This document shows, piece by piece, positions 1 to 12,458 of a DNA stretch of 64,000 nucleotides. How positions within the stretch are numbered: the stretch's first letter is position 1; each line of letters begins with the position of its first letter. The stretch is taken from positions 1,364,894 through 1,428,893 of the forward strand of contig NW_003314280.1 in the NCBI RefSeq assembly GCF_000143415.4, written 5' to 3'. The translations under genes were made by a program, and so were the position numbers. Origin of the DNA: Selaginella moellendorffii (Eukaryota; Plantae; Lycopodiophyta). Under the pieces are notes generated by a model. The model did no database searches, was not told the origin of the DNA, and saw only the letters and a list, made by a program, of their open reading frames with translations.

Positions 1-960
1 TGAATCGCCAAACGAGCCCAAGAGAGCAAGGGACCCGGAGGATGCATCCTCAAAGTCTCCTTCTACGCCTGTTGAGGTCAGACTTGGCAACTCCAGCGTT
101 TCCAACCACGCTAGTGATCTCATTCCGCAACTTCTTTTGGATTTCAGGATGGATGACGAGCTCTGCGAGAATCCATTTGGTGAGGAGAGCGACTCTCGGA
201 AAATCATCTCCTGTGAAAATTTACCCAAAGAACTGCGATCATGTCAGCATCGTCGAGTTTGTCCTCGCCATCCAAGGAGAGCTAACGAAGTCTGGCTGCA
301 CAGCTTTGCTACCCTGCTACCGATGGACAAAGCTCGTCACACCCGAAGGTTGGAAGATGTCCTGGGGATCGACTGCCTTGACAGCAGGCATGATCGGCCC
401 AGTTGAACGCACCAAGCAGCTCGAAACCTTCCTTCACCATCTTAGAGCGCTCAGCAGCATCCTTGGAGCCATCCTCGAATCTCCTACCGAACACCGTCTG
501 CATGATATTGTTGAGAGAAGCTCGCTGGAGGAAGTTCCGAACTCGGACAAGGCTGTGGTTGTCTGTTGCAAAGGTACGCATCATCCTGCTTGTCTCCTGA
601 CACGATGGTTCGTGAGCAGAGAAGAGAGAGCTGGACGCAATCCTTCGCAAGTTACGCCGTAATCTCCATAGGGAGCGAAGCCGATTGCTCGTCCAAACGG
701 AAGCTGCTGAGCCGACTGCTTGAGAGGTCAGTCCGCAAACTCGGAGCTGTTGAGCAGCTCTCGTGCCACTTCGATGATCATCCTCGTGTTACCCAGGCTG
801 AAGGCCTCTCGGCGAGCTTACTCCAAGCACTGGCCATCCTCGGGTCCCCGGATCGTCTGCTTCTCAGCGTTCTCCCCCATGCATTCCCGCCGGGAACTAG
901 CCAAGGAGCGAGGACCGCCTAGACTGCTGCGCACGGCCACAGCAGCAGCAACGAATCTCC
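1..960 (-). pseudogene. Cytochrome P450 CYP78A-like pseudogene (runs off left edge)
   Basis: Minus-strand fragments FLQRASLNNIMQTVFGRRF, MVKEGFELLGAFNWADH and ETLRMHPPGPLLSWARLAI are CYP78A hallmarks but lie in different frames with small deletions. Confidence 0.8.
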
Positions 961-1241
961 ATGCATGATCGGTGAAATGCCGGGCGAAGAAAGGCAGAGT
1001 GAACCTTTGGATCTAATCCACAAAACGACTCCATGATCGAGGCAAGCAAGGGAAGCTTGAGACACTTTTTGGTTTTGGAGTCGAGCTTGGGTTTTATATA
1101 TCCTGAGCTGCATGCCTGGAAAAACTATTGGGGAAGTACACTGTTTACAAGTTTGCTTGTTGGTTACATTGCGCCCTCGAACGACTTTTTCGACAAAGCC
1201 GTGTTCTTATTTTCTCTTTTTTTCTTGTTTCCAGATCGTTT

Positions 1242-2230
1242 TCAGTGCAGGCACCGTCCTTGCATCAGCAGCTGAATTGCATTGTTGACATTTTTCAAAG
1301 AGTACGTCACGAACTCAACCTTGATCTCCTGTACCTAGAACAAGGAAACAGCATTTTTATACCAGTACCTTGCGAATGTACTTCTCTACGAGTTCATGGA
1401 GCTGCGATGGTTTGTATCCTCCAAGTATGGTTCCTTTCAAGGCGTGGCTGAAGAGCAACTTTACCGGATCCGTGTCGATAGTTCCTGGTCCGCTTGGAAC
1501 TCCGGCAACGATGGTTACTCCTCAAGCCTGGTAATATTCACATCAGAAACTCGGAGGATTCACAGACGTGTGAGTGCTCTGGAATGCCACTTGCATCAAT
1601 GCAACGCTTCCAATGCACTCGAAGCTGTAGTTTACTCCACCTTGGCTGAGTTCCACTATCACCTGCGAGCCAGCACACAATGACGAAGAACTCATGAATT
1701 TTGTCGTGATCACGCGGATTGAGGAAGTCTGTGATACCAAACAGCTTGCCTTTGAGTCCAAACACAAGTAAGCTTTCTTCTTTGATTCTATTATCTGAAA
1801 CAAGCACTCACCCTAGCTCGAAATTTTTCAGAGTTGATATTTACTCTAATAAGCCTGGAAGCACCGGACAATTTGGCCGCTTGCGCTATCTCCATTGACA
1901 CTCTGACTCGAGTTGCTAGAACACGAGAACTCACAGCCACTCCCACTGTGCCGAGCTCAAAGATCGGAATTGGAGGAGCCGTGATTTAGGAGACAGTTAC
2001 AATTGATGTGGCACATGTGGAAATGCAATTAAGTAGGCCACTCTAATATATAAGTTAAAGCTCCACAAAGTTTTTGGATGGATCATGACTTGAATCGAGA
2101 AAAGTACCCGGCAATTTAAAAGACAAACTTTGTGAAGGGGAACTTGTTTGGGGAGCAGCTTTTGTTGACAAAGTACCGAAGTTCCCAGACGCTCCCTTGC
2201 TTGAACCGGGTGTCATCTCCAGCTGGTAAG
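1242..2230 (-). pseudogene. Alcohol dehydrogenase pseudogene (3' part; duplicate of 38646-40384)
   Basis: Exon-by-exon similarity to the intact ADH (ELSQGGVNYSFECIGSVALMQVAFQSTH, GKLFGITDFLNPRDHD); internal deletions; 5' exons missing. Confidence 0.85.
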
Positions 2231-3099
2231 GGATACTCCCGCCCGCCTGGAAGTCACCGTGATACTGAAGGACACGAAGTCCTGCATGGATTTCACGAAC
2301 TTTCCCGATGATGAACCTCAAGAGCTTGGAGACACTGTAAAGTATGGCACATTGTAAAGTTTGGTTTTTAGCTGTACTATGGAACTGACACTCAACATGG
2401 ACCTGTGGAGGAGAACCTCCAGCTATGCTCAAGAAGTGCGTCGAAGTCATGGATTCTTTCCTTGTTCTTAATTTTTTCCCATGGGCAAGGAGGTGATCAG
2501 ATGGAACGTCGAGGTATGAAGCTTGTGGTATGGAGGTGATCAGTTTTGTCGCCTACTTCCATGATAACTTATAGGCGGGAGTAGAGGAGGTACGTGAAGC
2601 GAAGGACGTGCTTGAGGTGAAAGTCTTCATGTCCTCTTTGCATTGCTTCCTAGGTGAAGATTATCTTACATGCTCATATCCGGAGAAGAGCTGCGTGGTT
2701 ATGTTTGCTAGCATGTTGGTGAAGTGAGATCCTTGTGAGAGAAGCATGAGTGTGCGACTAGTGTTTGTGATCGATGCCATGGAGCATGAATGCTACTATA
2801 TATCTAGGTCAATTCAACACTAAACAGTCTCAAACAAAAACATACCAACTCACAAAGTCTGCCACGGTGAAAATGTCTGTATCCCAAGGTGAAAGCCTTA
2901 AGAGAAAATATCTGGTCTTTGCTCAATCACCTCTGTCATCACCTTGTCATATTCACGCTTGAGAAATTCCTTGAAACCATTGATGACAGAGGTGATTGCA
3001 TGGGAAGAAAGAAATAAAGAAGATCGTTAGTAACAACACAATAAGGTTAACGACAATCACACCACACCTTTAAACTTAGAAAGTTCCTCCTCTGACCTG

Positions 3100-3873
3100 G
3101 AAATCAGAGGACCTGGGGCAAAGAGGATGGGGAATCCATCCCCACAGGGGCTGAGCTCGGGACAATGGCATGGGACGAGTGTTGGGCTATATGGCGTGCT
3201 AGGGAGGCACGGAACCAAAACCACTTCGATGGGAGACCAGCATGCATTTCAGCAGTGATCTCCTGTTGGAAGATGTCGCTAGTGGCAATTCGTCTTCAGC
3301 ACGCTCTGCTCAAGGAACGGGGCAAACCTGAAAGGATAAAGATGGCAGCACAAGTGCTACGGGACAGACGGCAGTGGTATCCACCAGATTGAGTTCCAGG
3401 CAGCCAGGAGGGGAGATGTGGAACTGGACAAGGCCCAGAGAAGATGGCCACTCCTGGGAACTTGCATCAAACAGTTTAAACTAACGGTCATTGCCTGGAG
3501 GGGGGAGTACACATTTGGGTACTGCTTCCGAGCAGGAATCTGGGAAGCAATAAACGAACGGCATTCTTGTGCTTGCGAAATCCTTCTTCTGCGCGATCGA
3601 GGATCCCAAACACCATACTTGCGCTCGGTCCAGCATTCGTTTTCCAGCCATGCCCTGGCTCCACCGGATTGTTCCTTGGCCTTTCTCAAGAGTTTCTGCT
3701 TCTCTTGGGAAGGGTCTTAAGACTAACTTGATAGCCCCGCTGGTACATGAGACGCTCTTTTTTCCTTCGTTCCGCTTCTACATTCCTCAGGTTGCCCAGC
3801 TTCTTAAGAATGTCGATTTCATCCTGTTCAGGTTGGTAAGCACTGGCTCAGCTCAGCTCATGCATCGGGGATG
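3100..3873. mobile_element. Possible decayed non-LTR (L1-like) fragments
   Basis: WAIWRAR..NQNHFDG...QWYPP resembles the C-terminus of plant L1 ORF2; fragmentary. Confidence 0.3.
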
Positions 3874-3973
3874 NNNNNNNNNNNNNNNNNNNNNNNNNNN
3901 NNNNNNNNNNNNNNNNNNNNNNNNNNNNNNNNNNNNNNNNNNNNNNNNNNNNNNNNNNNNNNNNNNNNNNNNN
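3874..3973. other. Assembly gap (100 N)
   Basis: Run of N. Confidence 1.
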
Positions 3974-3984
3974 AAAAAAATCGG

Positions 3985-5190
3985 CTATGATAAAGATAGA
4001 GGCAAGACGGCAGTGCGCCAAGAGCACGTGTCAAACTCTGTGCGCTTTGTCGGGGCTGAGCAGATGAACACACAGTGCACCACGCAGTGTCCAGTATACC
4101 AGCGTTGAATCTCTTCTTGCGTCACACACTTGTACTCTGTCTTCCAGTGTGTTTCTGGACTAACAGTCACCTCGTTTACCCACGCTAGCACGCCGTCTGC
4201 ATACTTGAACGAGTACTTCCCAGGCAACAAACCCGATAGCCTGGATAGCCTCTCCGACAAAACCCTCGCAAGCCCACCCCACTTCCGGTCAAATCACGTT
4301 GCTTTCTTGAGTTTGTGCAGAAGGTTGTTCTTGAACTCTGGTGAGCGATAGACTGTGCCCTTCAAGCACTCTAAAGCCGCTTCTACATGTACCGCATAGA
4401 GATAGCTGGTGCAAAAAGATCCATTGCGAACAAAGCCCTTGAGCACAGATGCGGGATCTCTAAGCTTCTCTACCTCCCCTGCGTACCTGTTCTCGGATGC
4501 ATTCAAAGACCTGAAGTTAAGCAGACATTTCCCAGTCTCTCTTTTCGTCCAGGTACTTCTCCAGGCTTAGTTCTTGTTCATTATCCGGATCCATTGTACA
4601 CAGGCTGGGAAAACGTCTCTTCCTGTTGATGAATGCCTCTGTGATGTCTTCGACATACTCTTTACAAGCTTTGTTTAGGAAGAACAGGGACATTGGGTGC
4701 TTGTCAGCATAAAGAGTAACATCCGTTTCACGTTCAGGATGCTGTTGAAGCATCTTGCCGAGGAGGGTCTCTTGCAGGAATGCAGTATACTCGTTCTGCA
4801 CATAAATTTAACCTCTCAGGCAGAATAACTATTATGGGACTATTACCTGGCCAAAGACGACATGCCTCAGCACATACCGCCTTGGGATGTTCTATGCATC
4901 AACAGCTTCAGGAGGCAAGGCCTTAACTACGAAGTCAGGACCCCTCGAAGGTAGTCATCAAATTTCTGGCCTTCGCCTGTTCTTCAAGTATGCCATCTCG
5001 GTGCAATGCATCAAACTTGGCCATCGCAAAGCAGAGTAATGTGATCCCAGCCTCTCTCCTCTGAGACAAGAATTTGGCAAGGTCCTCGGGAGAAGAGACA
5101 CTCAACCATATCCTCCACCTTACCATTCCACACTCCCAATGTCTTTAGTGGCTCTAGCCTCACGCTGCTGTACAGCAGCAAGTGCCTGTT
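3985..5190 (-). pseudogene. Disrupted coding sequence of unknown family
   Basis: Chain of protein-like minus-strand ORFs (4935-5126, 4517-4801, 4294-4506, 3985-4260) separated by stops and frameshifts; no motif recognised. Confidence 0.4.
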
Positions 5191-5199
5191 ACCTATAGC

Positions 5200-7819
5200 T
5201 TCATTTGTGGGATATAGACCGATAAAAGGACCTATGCAACTTCTTGGTTATACAACAATGTTTTATATATTTGCCTAGAATAGGAGAATTTCTCTAGGTA
5301 GGTGTAGAGAAAGCATGGAATAAAGATTGAAAGCATCACTAACCATAAATGATTATTATGATTTGTCCCCACAAAATAAAGAAATATCATCTTTAAGGCG
5401 ATATTGAGAATATAAATGCTAAAATGGTAATTCATTAGGAAGTGATGCAAGCATATCATAAAACTTTCAAATCCATAGCTCAGCCTTTTAAGCTTTACAA
5501 ACCTCATCAAGAAAAGTTAAGTTTTTCTCAGCACATTATGAACAATGAAAATCAAATACAATAACTGCCGATGGCATGGAATCCTCGTCCAAAAAATGTA
5601 TAGATGCTAGAACAATAAGCTCATAAAAAATATAAGAAAAGAACAAAGAAGGAAAAAAAGCTCAAGGAAAAACTACTGATATTATCCCAAGACCCTTAAC
5701 CGATTGGAAAATAGGGTGCACTTTTATTCATGGGCTCTTTTTTTTTATATTTGAACTCGATAGATCGTCTCTCAAGTCATTTTTTTTTGTTGCTTACAAA
5801 AGGGTGTCAACATTAGCCATAGATCTCCCCAGGCAATAAACAATATCAAAATCATATTTTTAAAGCTTTAAAAGCCCATCAAGCAGTATGACTAGCCAAG
5901 TTCTTCCACTTCAATAATGAAATAATTGTAGCATAATCACCTTCTAATAATGTTCAAGAACCATATAGATAGGTATGGAGTTTCTTGAAACCCCAAACTA
6001 TTATTAAACACTTCTTATTTGCTGTAGAGTAGTTCACTTCCACTAGTTGTAATGTATAAGTGATATATGCAATGGGATGCACTAATCAAACACACTTGGG
6101 CTCTTTGGCATCAACACACTTCTAAGATTAATATTAGAAACATCCATATATAAAATGAAAGGTTGAGTGTAGTTGTTAATAACTCTTTAAGATCTGTAAA
6201 CGCTTGCTCAAAGTCCATAAACCAGATGAAAGACAATGTTGACAACTTCAATAATGCTCATAAGGGTGCAGTGCAATCAAAAAGATTAAAAAAAAGATCA
6301 AGATAATGCACTTTGCCTAAGAAGCATTACATATTGTTCACACACTTTGGAGTAAGGAACTTGAAAATAACCACAAGTTTGTTAGGATCAACTTGTAAAC
6401 CTTTACGAGAAATACAATATCCAAAATAAGTGTGTTTTTGGACATAAATACGCATTTTGAGTGTTTTAGTTTTAAACCAATTTTCTGTAGCCGATCCAAC
6501 ACCTTACAAACATCACGGATGTATTTTTCCATATCTCTTTTGAGTGGATCAAGACATTATCAATAAAGTTAATAGTCACCTCCAACATATCACAAAAAAC
6601 TCATTAATCATTCATTGGAAAGTTGTTTAAGCATTGTTCAAACCAAATAATACCACTAAAAACTCGTACAAATCAAATGATATACAAAAAACAATCTTGG
6701 GAATATCTTCCTCGGCCATCAACATTTACTAGTATCCAAAAACAAAATCTAACTTGGTGAACCAATAACTTCTCCCTAGACAATCCAAAAGATTAGTAGT
6801 GTGAAGAAGAGAAGACACATAAGGGATCGTCACTTCATTTAGTCGATGTAGAAATAAAAACTCTTATCAAACTTCGTCACAAAATGAAATTCATATGCCC
6901 AAGGTCTCTGTGACTTTCGAATAACACCCTTTCCAACATCTCTTTAATGTTTACATATAAAACCTTGATATTTTTTAGTGACCAATGACAAATAAGAACC
7001 TTGATTAGACAAGCATCCCTAGTTAGAATAAGATAGTATGTTGCAATTTTGGCTCTAGACAATAAGTCAAATTCAAAGAGATCGACATACTCCTTCATAA
7101 GTCAATCAACTACTGCAACACAAAGATTGTTGGAAGGATCAAAAGAAGGAATAGAGGAATAAAACCGAAACATAGTGTAAGCAACTTAAGAGAATGACTC
7201 GAAAGACAATTCATAAGGGTTTAAATATAAAAGGAAAGAACCTATAAATAAAAGTGCATTTTTTTTTTCAATGGATTTTGAGATATTTGGGGGTTAAATA
7301 TCCTTGGGTTTAAATAATGGGTGACCTTTTGAGAAGTTCAAACTCAAGAGTACAAAAAAAACATCATCAAAGTTGGCTAAAGCAAATGCATGCATAAATC
7401 CTACTAGATTTTGACAAAATGTTAGCCACAACATTCCTAATTTGATTCGATCTTGACAAAGTGTTAGCCACAACATTCCCAACTTGATTCGTTTTGACAT
7501 ATTTGGCTCCACACGAAACAATAGGCTTAGGAAGCAAATACCAAATTCCATCATAGATTCTTCATCCATCACAATCATCAATATATCCAAATGCATATTT
7601 GAAGATATCCAAAAGAATGCTCCAATCCTCAAAAGTGGTTGCCTTAAGAGTGGCTGCACTTAAACCATTGTACCATTACAATGCTATGTCTTAGATATAC
7701 ATAGAAAACTCATGCAAACACCTAACATCATCCCAAGAATGATATATGGCAATCATCATAAAATGATAGAATCAATGGTACACATCATCCCCAAAATTCC
7801 CAAGGAAGAACTCTAGCCT
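5200..7819 (-). mobile_element. Old, highly decayed Ty3/gypsy pol remnant (outermost layer of the nest)
   Basis: RT-like KVLDRLQKIGLKLKHSKCVF (6338-6532) and RNase H-like YSTANKKCLIIVWGFKKLHTYLYG (~5965-6035); many stops; AT-rich. Confidence 0.7.
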
Positions 7820-8650
7820 AATACTGTAAGGAACCAACTCCTCGAGGTATTGTAGGTTGAAGGATCCCCAAAAGCACGACCAAAATGATAAAGAGTTTAT
7901 TGGATAAGACTAAGTCTGAGATTGAGTCCGAGATTGACTCTGAGATTGAGTTCGAGATTGAGTCCAAGATCGAGTGTGAGACCGATTCTGAGATCGAGTG
8001 TGAGATCGAATCTGAGACTGAGTTTGAGATCGAATCTGAGACTCCCTGAGGCCCAATCTCCAGTGGTGTTTCTAAACTGACTTGAGGTTGAGACTGGGCC
8101 TTAACGGCTTTGGGTGGGAGTGAACATGATGCTGGAGGGGCCACCCAAGGAAGTGCTCAAGAGCAACTCCCACTCCCGGAAGGGAAATCAACTACGATGC
8201 TTTTGACTCATGTGGAGTGGTGCCATACTTGAGTACCTTGCGGCTCATTGGTCCTCACCCTTCCTAGGGGCTTGGGCCTTCTCTTCGAGATAGAAGTGGG
8301 GGAGTAGGGGTACTTATACCAAATCATTAGGCTATAGTGTTTTCCCCTGATGTCCTGAAGCAAGTGTTGCATTCAAGGTTTAGGATTTAAAGGGTCCCAT
8401 AATTAAGTCTTATTGTACCAGGGATGTTAGGATTCTGGAAGCTTAGTGTGTTTGGTTACTTGTGCTTGCAGGGAGTGTAGCCGAACCTTAAATCTAGTCT
8501 AACTCAATGAGGGCGATTGAAAGAGAATTTGGGAATCTGTGGATGGATAGTTAACACTTTATTGCTTGTGCAGTGAGTTGCTGAAATCAATGAGGACTAA
8601 GTAGGAGTTGGTACAATAAGCAGGAACCTTGCCGAGGGAACTTAACTAAG

Positions 8651-9784
8651 TGTAAGGAACCAACTCACCGAGGTGTCGTAGGCTAAAGGAACCCCAAAAG
8701 CATGACCAAAATGACAAAGAGTTCATTGAATGGGACCAAGTCGAAGATCGAGTCCAAGACCGACTCTAGGACCGAGTTCGAGATAGAGTCCGGAATCGAG
8801 TCCGAGACCGACTCGGGGACCGAGTTCGAGTCCGAGTTTGAGACCGAGTTCGAGACGAAGTCCGAGATCTGAAATCGGGTCCGAGAGGTCGAGTCCGAGG
8901 TCGGGTCCGAGATCGGGTCCGAGATCGAGTCTGAGATCAAGTTCGAGACCGAATCCGAAGTCGGATCCGAAATCGGGTCCGAGATCGAGCCAGAGACTAA
9001 GTCCAAATACTAATACGGGTCAAGGGGTGAAAGCCCAAAGCGTGCGTCTCCCAGGGGGTTCCAAAAGTATAGTAGGGATAGTGAGGTCCAGGAACTAGTC
9101 TTGAAGGAACTCTCCAGTGGTGCTTCCAAACTGACTTGAGGTTGAGACTGGGGCCGAGGGGCCTTGGGTGGGAGTGAGCATGGGCTTGAGTGGTGCCGAA
9201 GGGGCCACCCAGGGAAGTGCTCAAGAGCAGCTCCCACTCCCGAAAGGGAAACTGACTGCGGTGCTCCCGACTCATGTGGAGTGGTGCCCCACTTGAGTAC
9301 CTTGTGGCTCATTGGTCCTCGCCCTTCCTAGGGGCTTGGGCCTTCCCTTTGGGATGGAAGTGGGGGGGGTAGAGGTACCCAGACCGGGCTGTTAGGCCAT
9401 GGTGTTTCGCCCCGACGTCCCGAAGCAAGTGCTGCACCCAAGACTTGGGATTTAGAGGGTCCCATGATCAAGTCTTGTGGTACCAAGGGGTGTTAGGAAT
9501 CTGGAGGCTTGGTGTGCTTGGCTGCTTGTGCCTGCGGGGAGTGTAGCCGAACCTTAAGTCCAGTCTAACCCGGGGAGGGGGATTGGGAGAGATTTGGGAA
9601 TCCGTAGATGGATGGCTAACACTCCGTTGCTCGTGCAGTGAGTAGCTGAGGCCAAGTAGGACCAAGTAGGAGCTGGTACCATAGGCGGAGACCTTGGCGA
9701 GGGAACTTAGCACAAGCCAAGGCAGAGTTGGTCGGATAGACGAGGTAAGTTGGCAAATTGGAAAGGAAAAATTTGTGGCTTACA
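8651..9784 (+). repeat. 5' LTR of the chromovirus, containing GAGTCC/GAGATC/GAGACC hexamer tandem arrays
   Basis: TGTAAG...CTTACA; near-identical to 34921-36094. Confidence 0.97.
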
Positions 9785-9787
9785 ATT

Positions 9788-9800
9788 TGGTATCGGAGCC
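9788..9800 (+). promoter_or_regulatory. Primer binding site, tRNA-iMet type
   Basis: TGGTATCGGAGCC, 3 nt after the LTR; one mismatch to the canonical TGGTATCAGAGCC. Confidence 0.9.
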
Positions 9801-9843
9801 TCTTCCTCAGTTTTAGCGAAGGATAGAAGCGGATTGCTGGGAG

Positions 9844-10855
9844 ATGGCAAGGGCAGGACGTAAGCGAACCCAGGCAGAGATAGAACCCCCTCCAGAGCTG
9901 GAGCCTCCGGTCGAACAGGAGGCTATGGATGAGGAATCCTTACATGAGGAGGACTCCAGTGAGGCAACTTCCAAACAGGAGTCTGGTGGTGAAGTTCGGT
10001 TGTCCAAAGCTCGATTGGACGTTCTAGAAGGACAATTGGCACAGACCAATGCCCTGCTAGAGACTCTCGTATGCAAGCTGAAGCGTGATGAGAAGCGGAA
10101 GAAAAAGCGAAAGACTGCGGATGCTGGCAGTGTAGAAGGTGCGGACCCTTCGGCAAGGACTGAGGCAAAACCAGACAAGGTCGAATAGACCGAAGTGGAA
10201 TCAGTCCCTCAGGCAGTTCCCAAGTACAAACCAAAGCCCCCACTGGTCTTCAAGGGAGTGAACGACTATAAGGTGGTGGAGGATTGGTTTTACGATATGG
10301 AGGACTACTTCCGAGCGTTGCGATTACCGAGCTCAGAAAAGGTCCCATGTGCAAAACCATACTTGGCAGATAATGCCAAGTCTTGGTGGAGAACGACAGA
10401 GGCCAACGAAGGACCAGTGGCCACTTGGGAAATGATGAAGGCAAGGATCCGCGCAACTTACGTTCCTCCGAATGCTACTCTGCATCTAAGGGACGAGCTG
10501 AGTAGGCTGAAGCAGACCAGAACCATTCAGGAGTATGTGAATAGGTTTATGGCAAAGAGAATACTTGTCACGGACATGGGGGATATGGATGCGTTCTATG
10601 CCTTCATATCAAGTTTGCAAACCTGGGCTCGCGGCGAAGTAATGCGGTGGAACCCGACCAACTATAAGGAAGCATTGGATGCGGCCATCAAGGTGCATTT
10701 CAACGATAATCTGCGAAAGGGGAACACGACGGGGTCGGGATCCACATTTAGCAAAGGGGCCAAACCAAGGGGAACGTTTAGCAGAGGGAAATTCAAGAAG
10801 AGTTTCTCTAAGAATGAGTCCTCGGGGTTCCGAAAAGGCAGATCCGGTGGCCAGC
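9844..10855 (+). pseudogene. gag: gag, N-terminal part (in-frame TAG at 10186-10188; interrupted at 10856)
   Basis: Retrotransposon gag motifs YLADNAKSWW and LKQTRTIQEYVNRF; ORFs 9844 and 10195 share a frame, which resumes at 18221 once the nested element is removed. Confidence 0.9.
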
Positions 10856-11945
10856 TGTAGGCGACTAAATTTTCCATTCTACTTTAGTCACTTAACCACA
10901 CCTCCGACCACTTGGAGGAGTCTCATTCACAACCTCCATAAGTCCAATCCAGGACTTGGGACTTGCTAGCCCCGAGAATGGCATCCATGCCACTCAACAT
11001 TTGCACTTGGTCCAAGTGCTCCACGTGTCCGATCCCATGACCGACACTCAAAGGTACCACCAACATGCCAGCCCGTTACGCTAAGGCCATGCCCAATCAC
11101 CTTTGCCACACTGGTAGTCCATTACCACTTGCATCACAGTCTTGGCTCTCCAAGACTAGGCAAACCATCTGTGAGTGGTCATCTGAGATCCACTCCTTAG
11201 CACCCTTAGGATGCCCACCGACAAGGGGAATAGCCTTCCCCAATATCCCTTTGTCAGTCCCCACTAAGTCCCTTTCTGCCCCTGGCTGTGTTTGCCAACA
11301 CTGCCACTGGATCGAGACCCACAGGCCCGACCACTAAGTCCCATGGTCCTCTGGGACTTCCTCACCACATGACTGTGTCCTTGGTCACTACCCCAGAGGA
11401 CTGCTCCTCTTCCTTTCCACAGTCTGGGCCTTTGGGACAACATTTTGGAACACCGTGGCCTTACGCGAGCCACCTGGGTACTCTTCTCGCCTTCTGCCCT
11501 TAGGTGCTCTAGCCATGGGCTTAGAGCGAGGTTCCGTTGAGCCACGCCTGGTATCCAAGTAGGTAGTGCCACCCACACTTGGACTGGGAGCATCGGCCAG
11601 TCGATCTCCCGGGGGAACTAGAGCCGGCTCTTGAACACTTCACCAAGTTACCCCACTTGTCGGTCCGTGTTCACTCTAGTCTTGGACTTCCCAGTGGACA
11701 GCTCATCACCCAACACTGGGTCCGGCCTTCCTGGGCCAAACTGGCCTTTCCTGGCCAAACTAGCTCCACTACAGTCCTCCCCCTACTATACTTTTGGAGC
11801 TCACCAAACCCCCCAGGGTCTGGGAGACGAACGCTTTGGGCTTTCACCCTCTCAGACTCGAACTCAGACTCGGACTCGGACTCGGACTCGGACTTGGGCT
11901 CGGGCTCGGTCTCGGCCTCGGCCTCGGTCTCGTTCTCGGTCCCGA

Positions 11946-11983
<38 letters not shown>

Positions 11984-12458
11984 CCGGTCTCGGTCTCGAC
12001 TTCGGACTCCATCTCAGACTCCATCTCGGGTCCATCTCGGACTCCATCTCGAGTCCATCTCGGACTCCATTTCGGGTCCATCTCGAACTCCATCTCGGGT
12101 CCATCTCGGACTCCATTTCGGGTCCGTCTCGGGTCCACCTCGGACTCCATCTCGGACTCCATTTCGGGTCCATCTCGGGTCCATCTCGGACTCCATCTCG
12201 GGTCCATCTCGGGTCCATCTCGGACACTTCCACGTGTCCTGTGTTGGTCCTTTTTGGGTCCCTTTTTGGAGCCTCGCTTATTGCTCGCTTCATGCTTGTT
12301 CCTCGAGCACTTTGTTGGGAGTTCCACTCCCGCTCTTGACTTTTCAAGTCGGAGCTTTTGGTCCAAACGTGTTACGCTCGTTTGGGCTCTCGCTTTGGCC
12401 ACTACCACGTGGCGCCCTTCCAGCTCCACTTTGGGGCCTAGGGATTTTGTGTCTCACA
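10856..12458 (-). repeat. 3' LTR of the nested element
   Basis: Near-identical to 16577-18216; (TCTCGG)n, (ACTCGG)n and CCATCTCGG arrays. Confidence 0.95.

Noticed and set aside
10186-10188. Programmed stop-codon readthrough or RNA editing at the in-frame stops (also 29470 and 30355)
   Set aside because: All three can be explained by single transitions (CAG/TGG to TAG, CGA to TGA), typical of methylated TE decay; the protease DTG-to-DMG change fits the same pattern.
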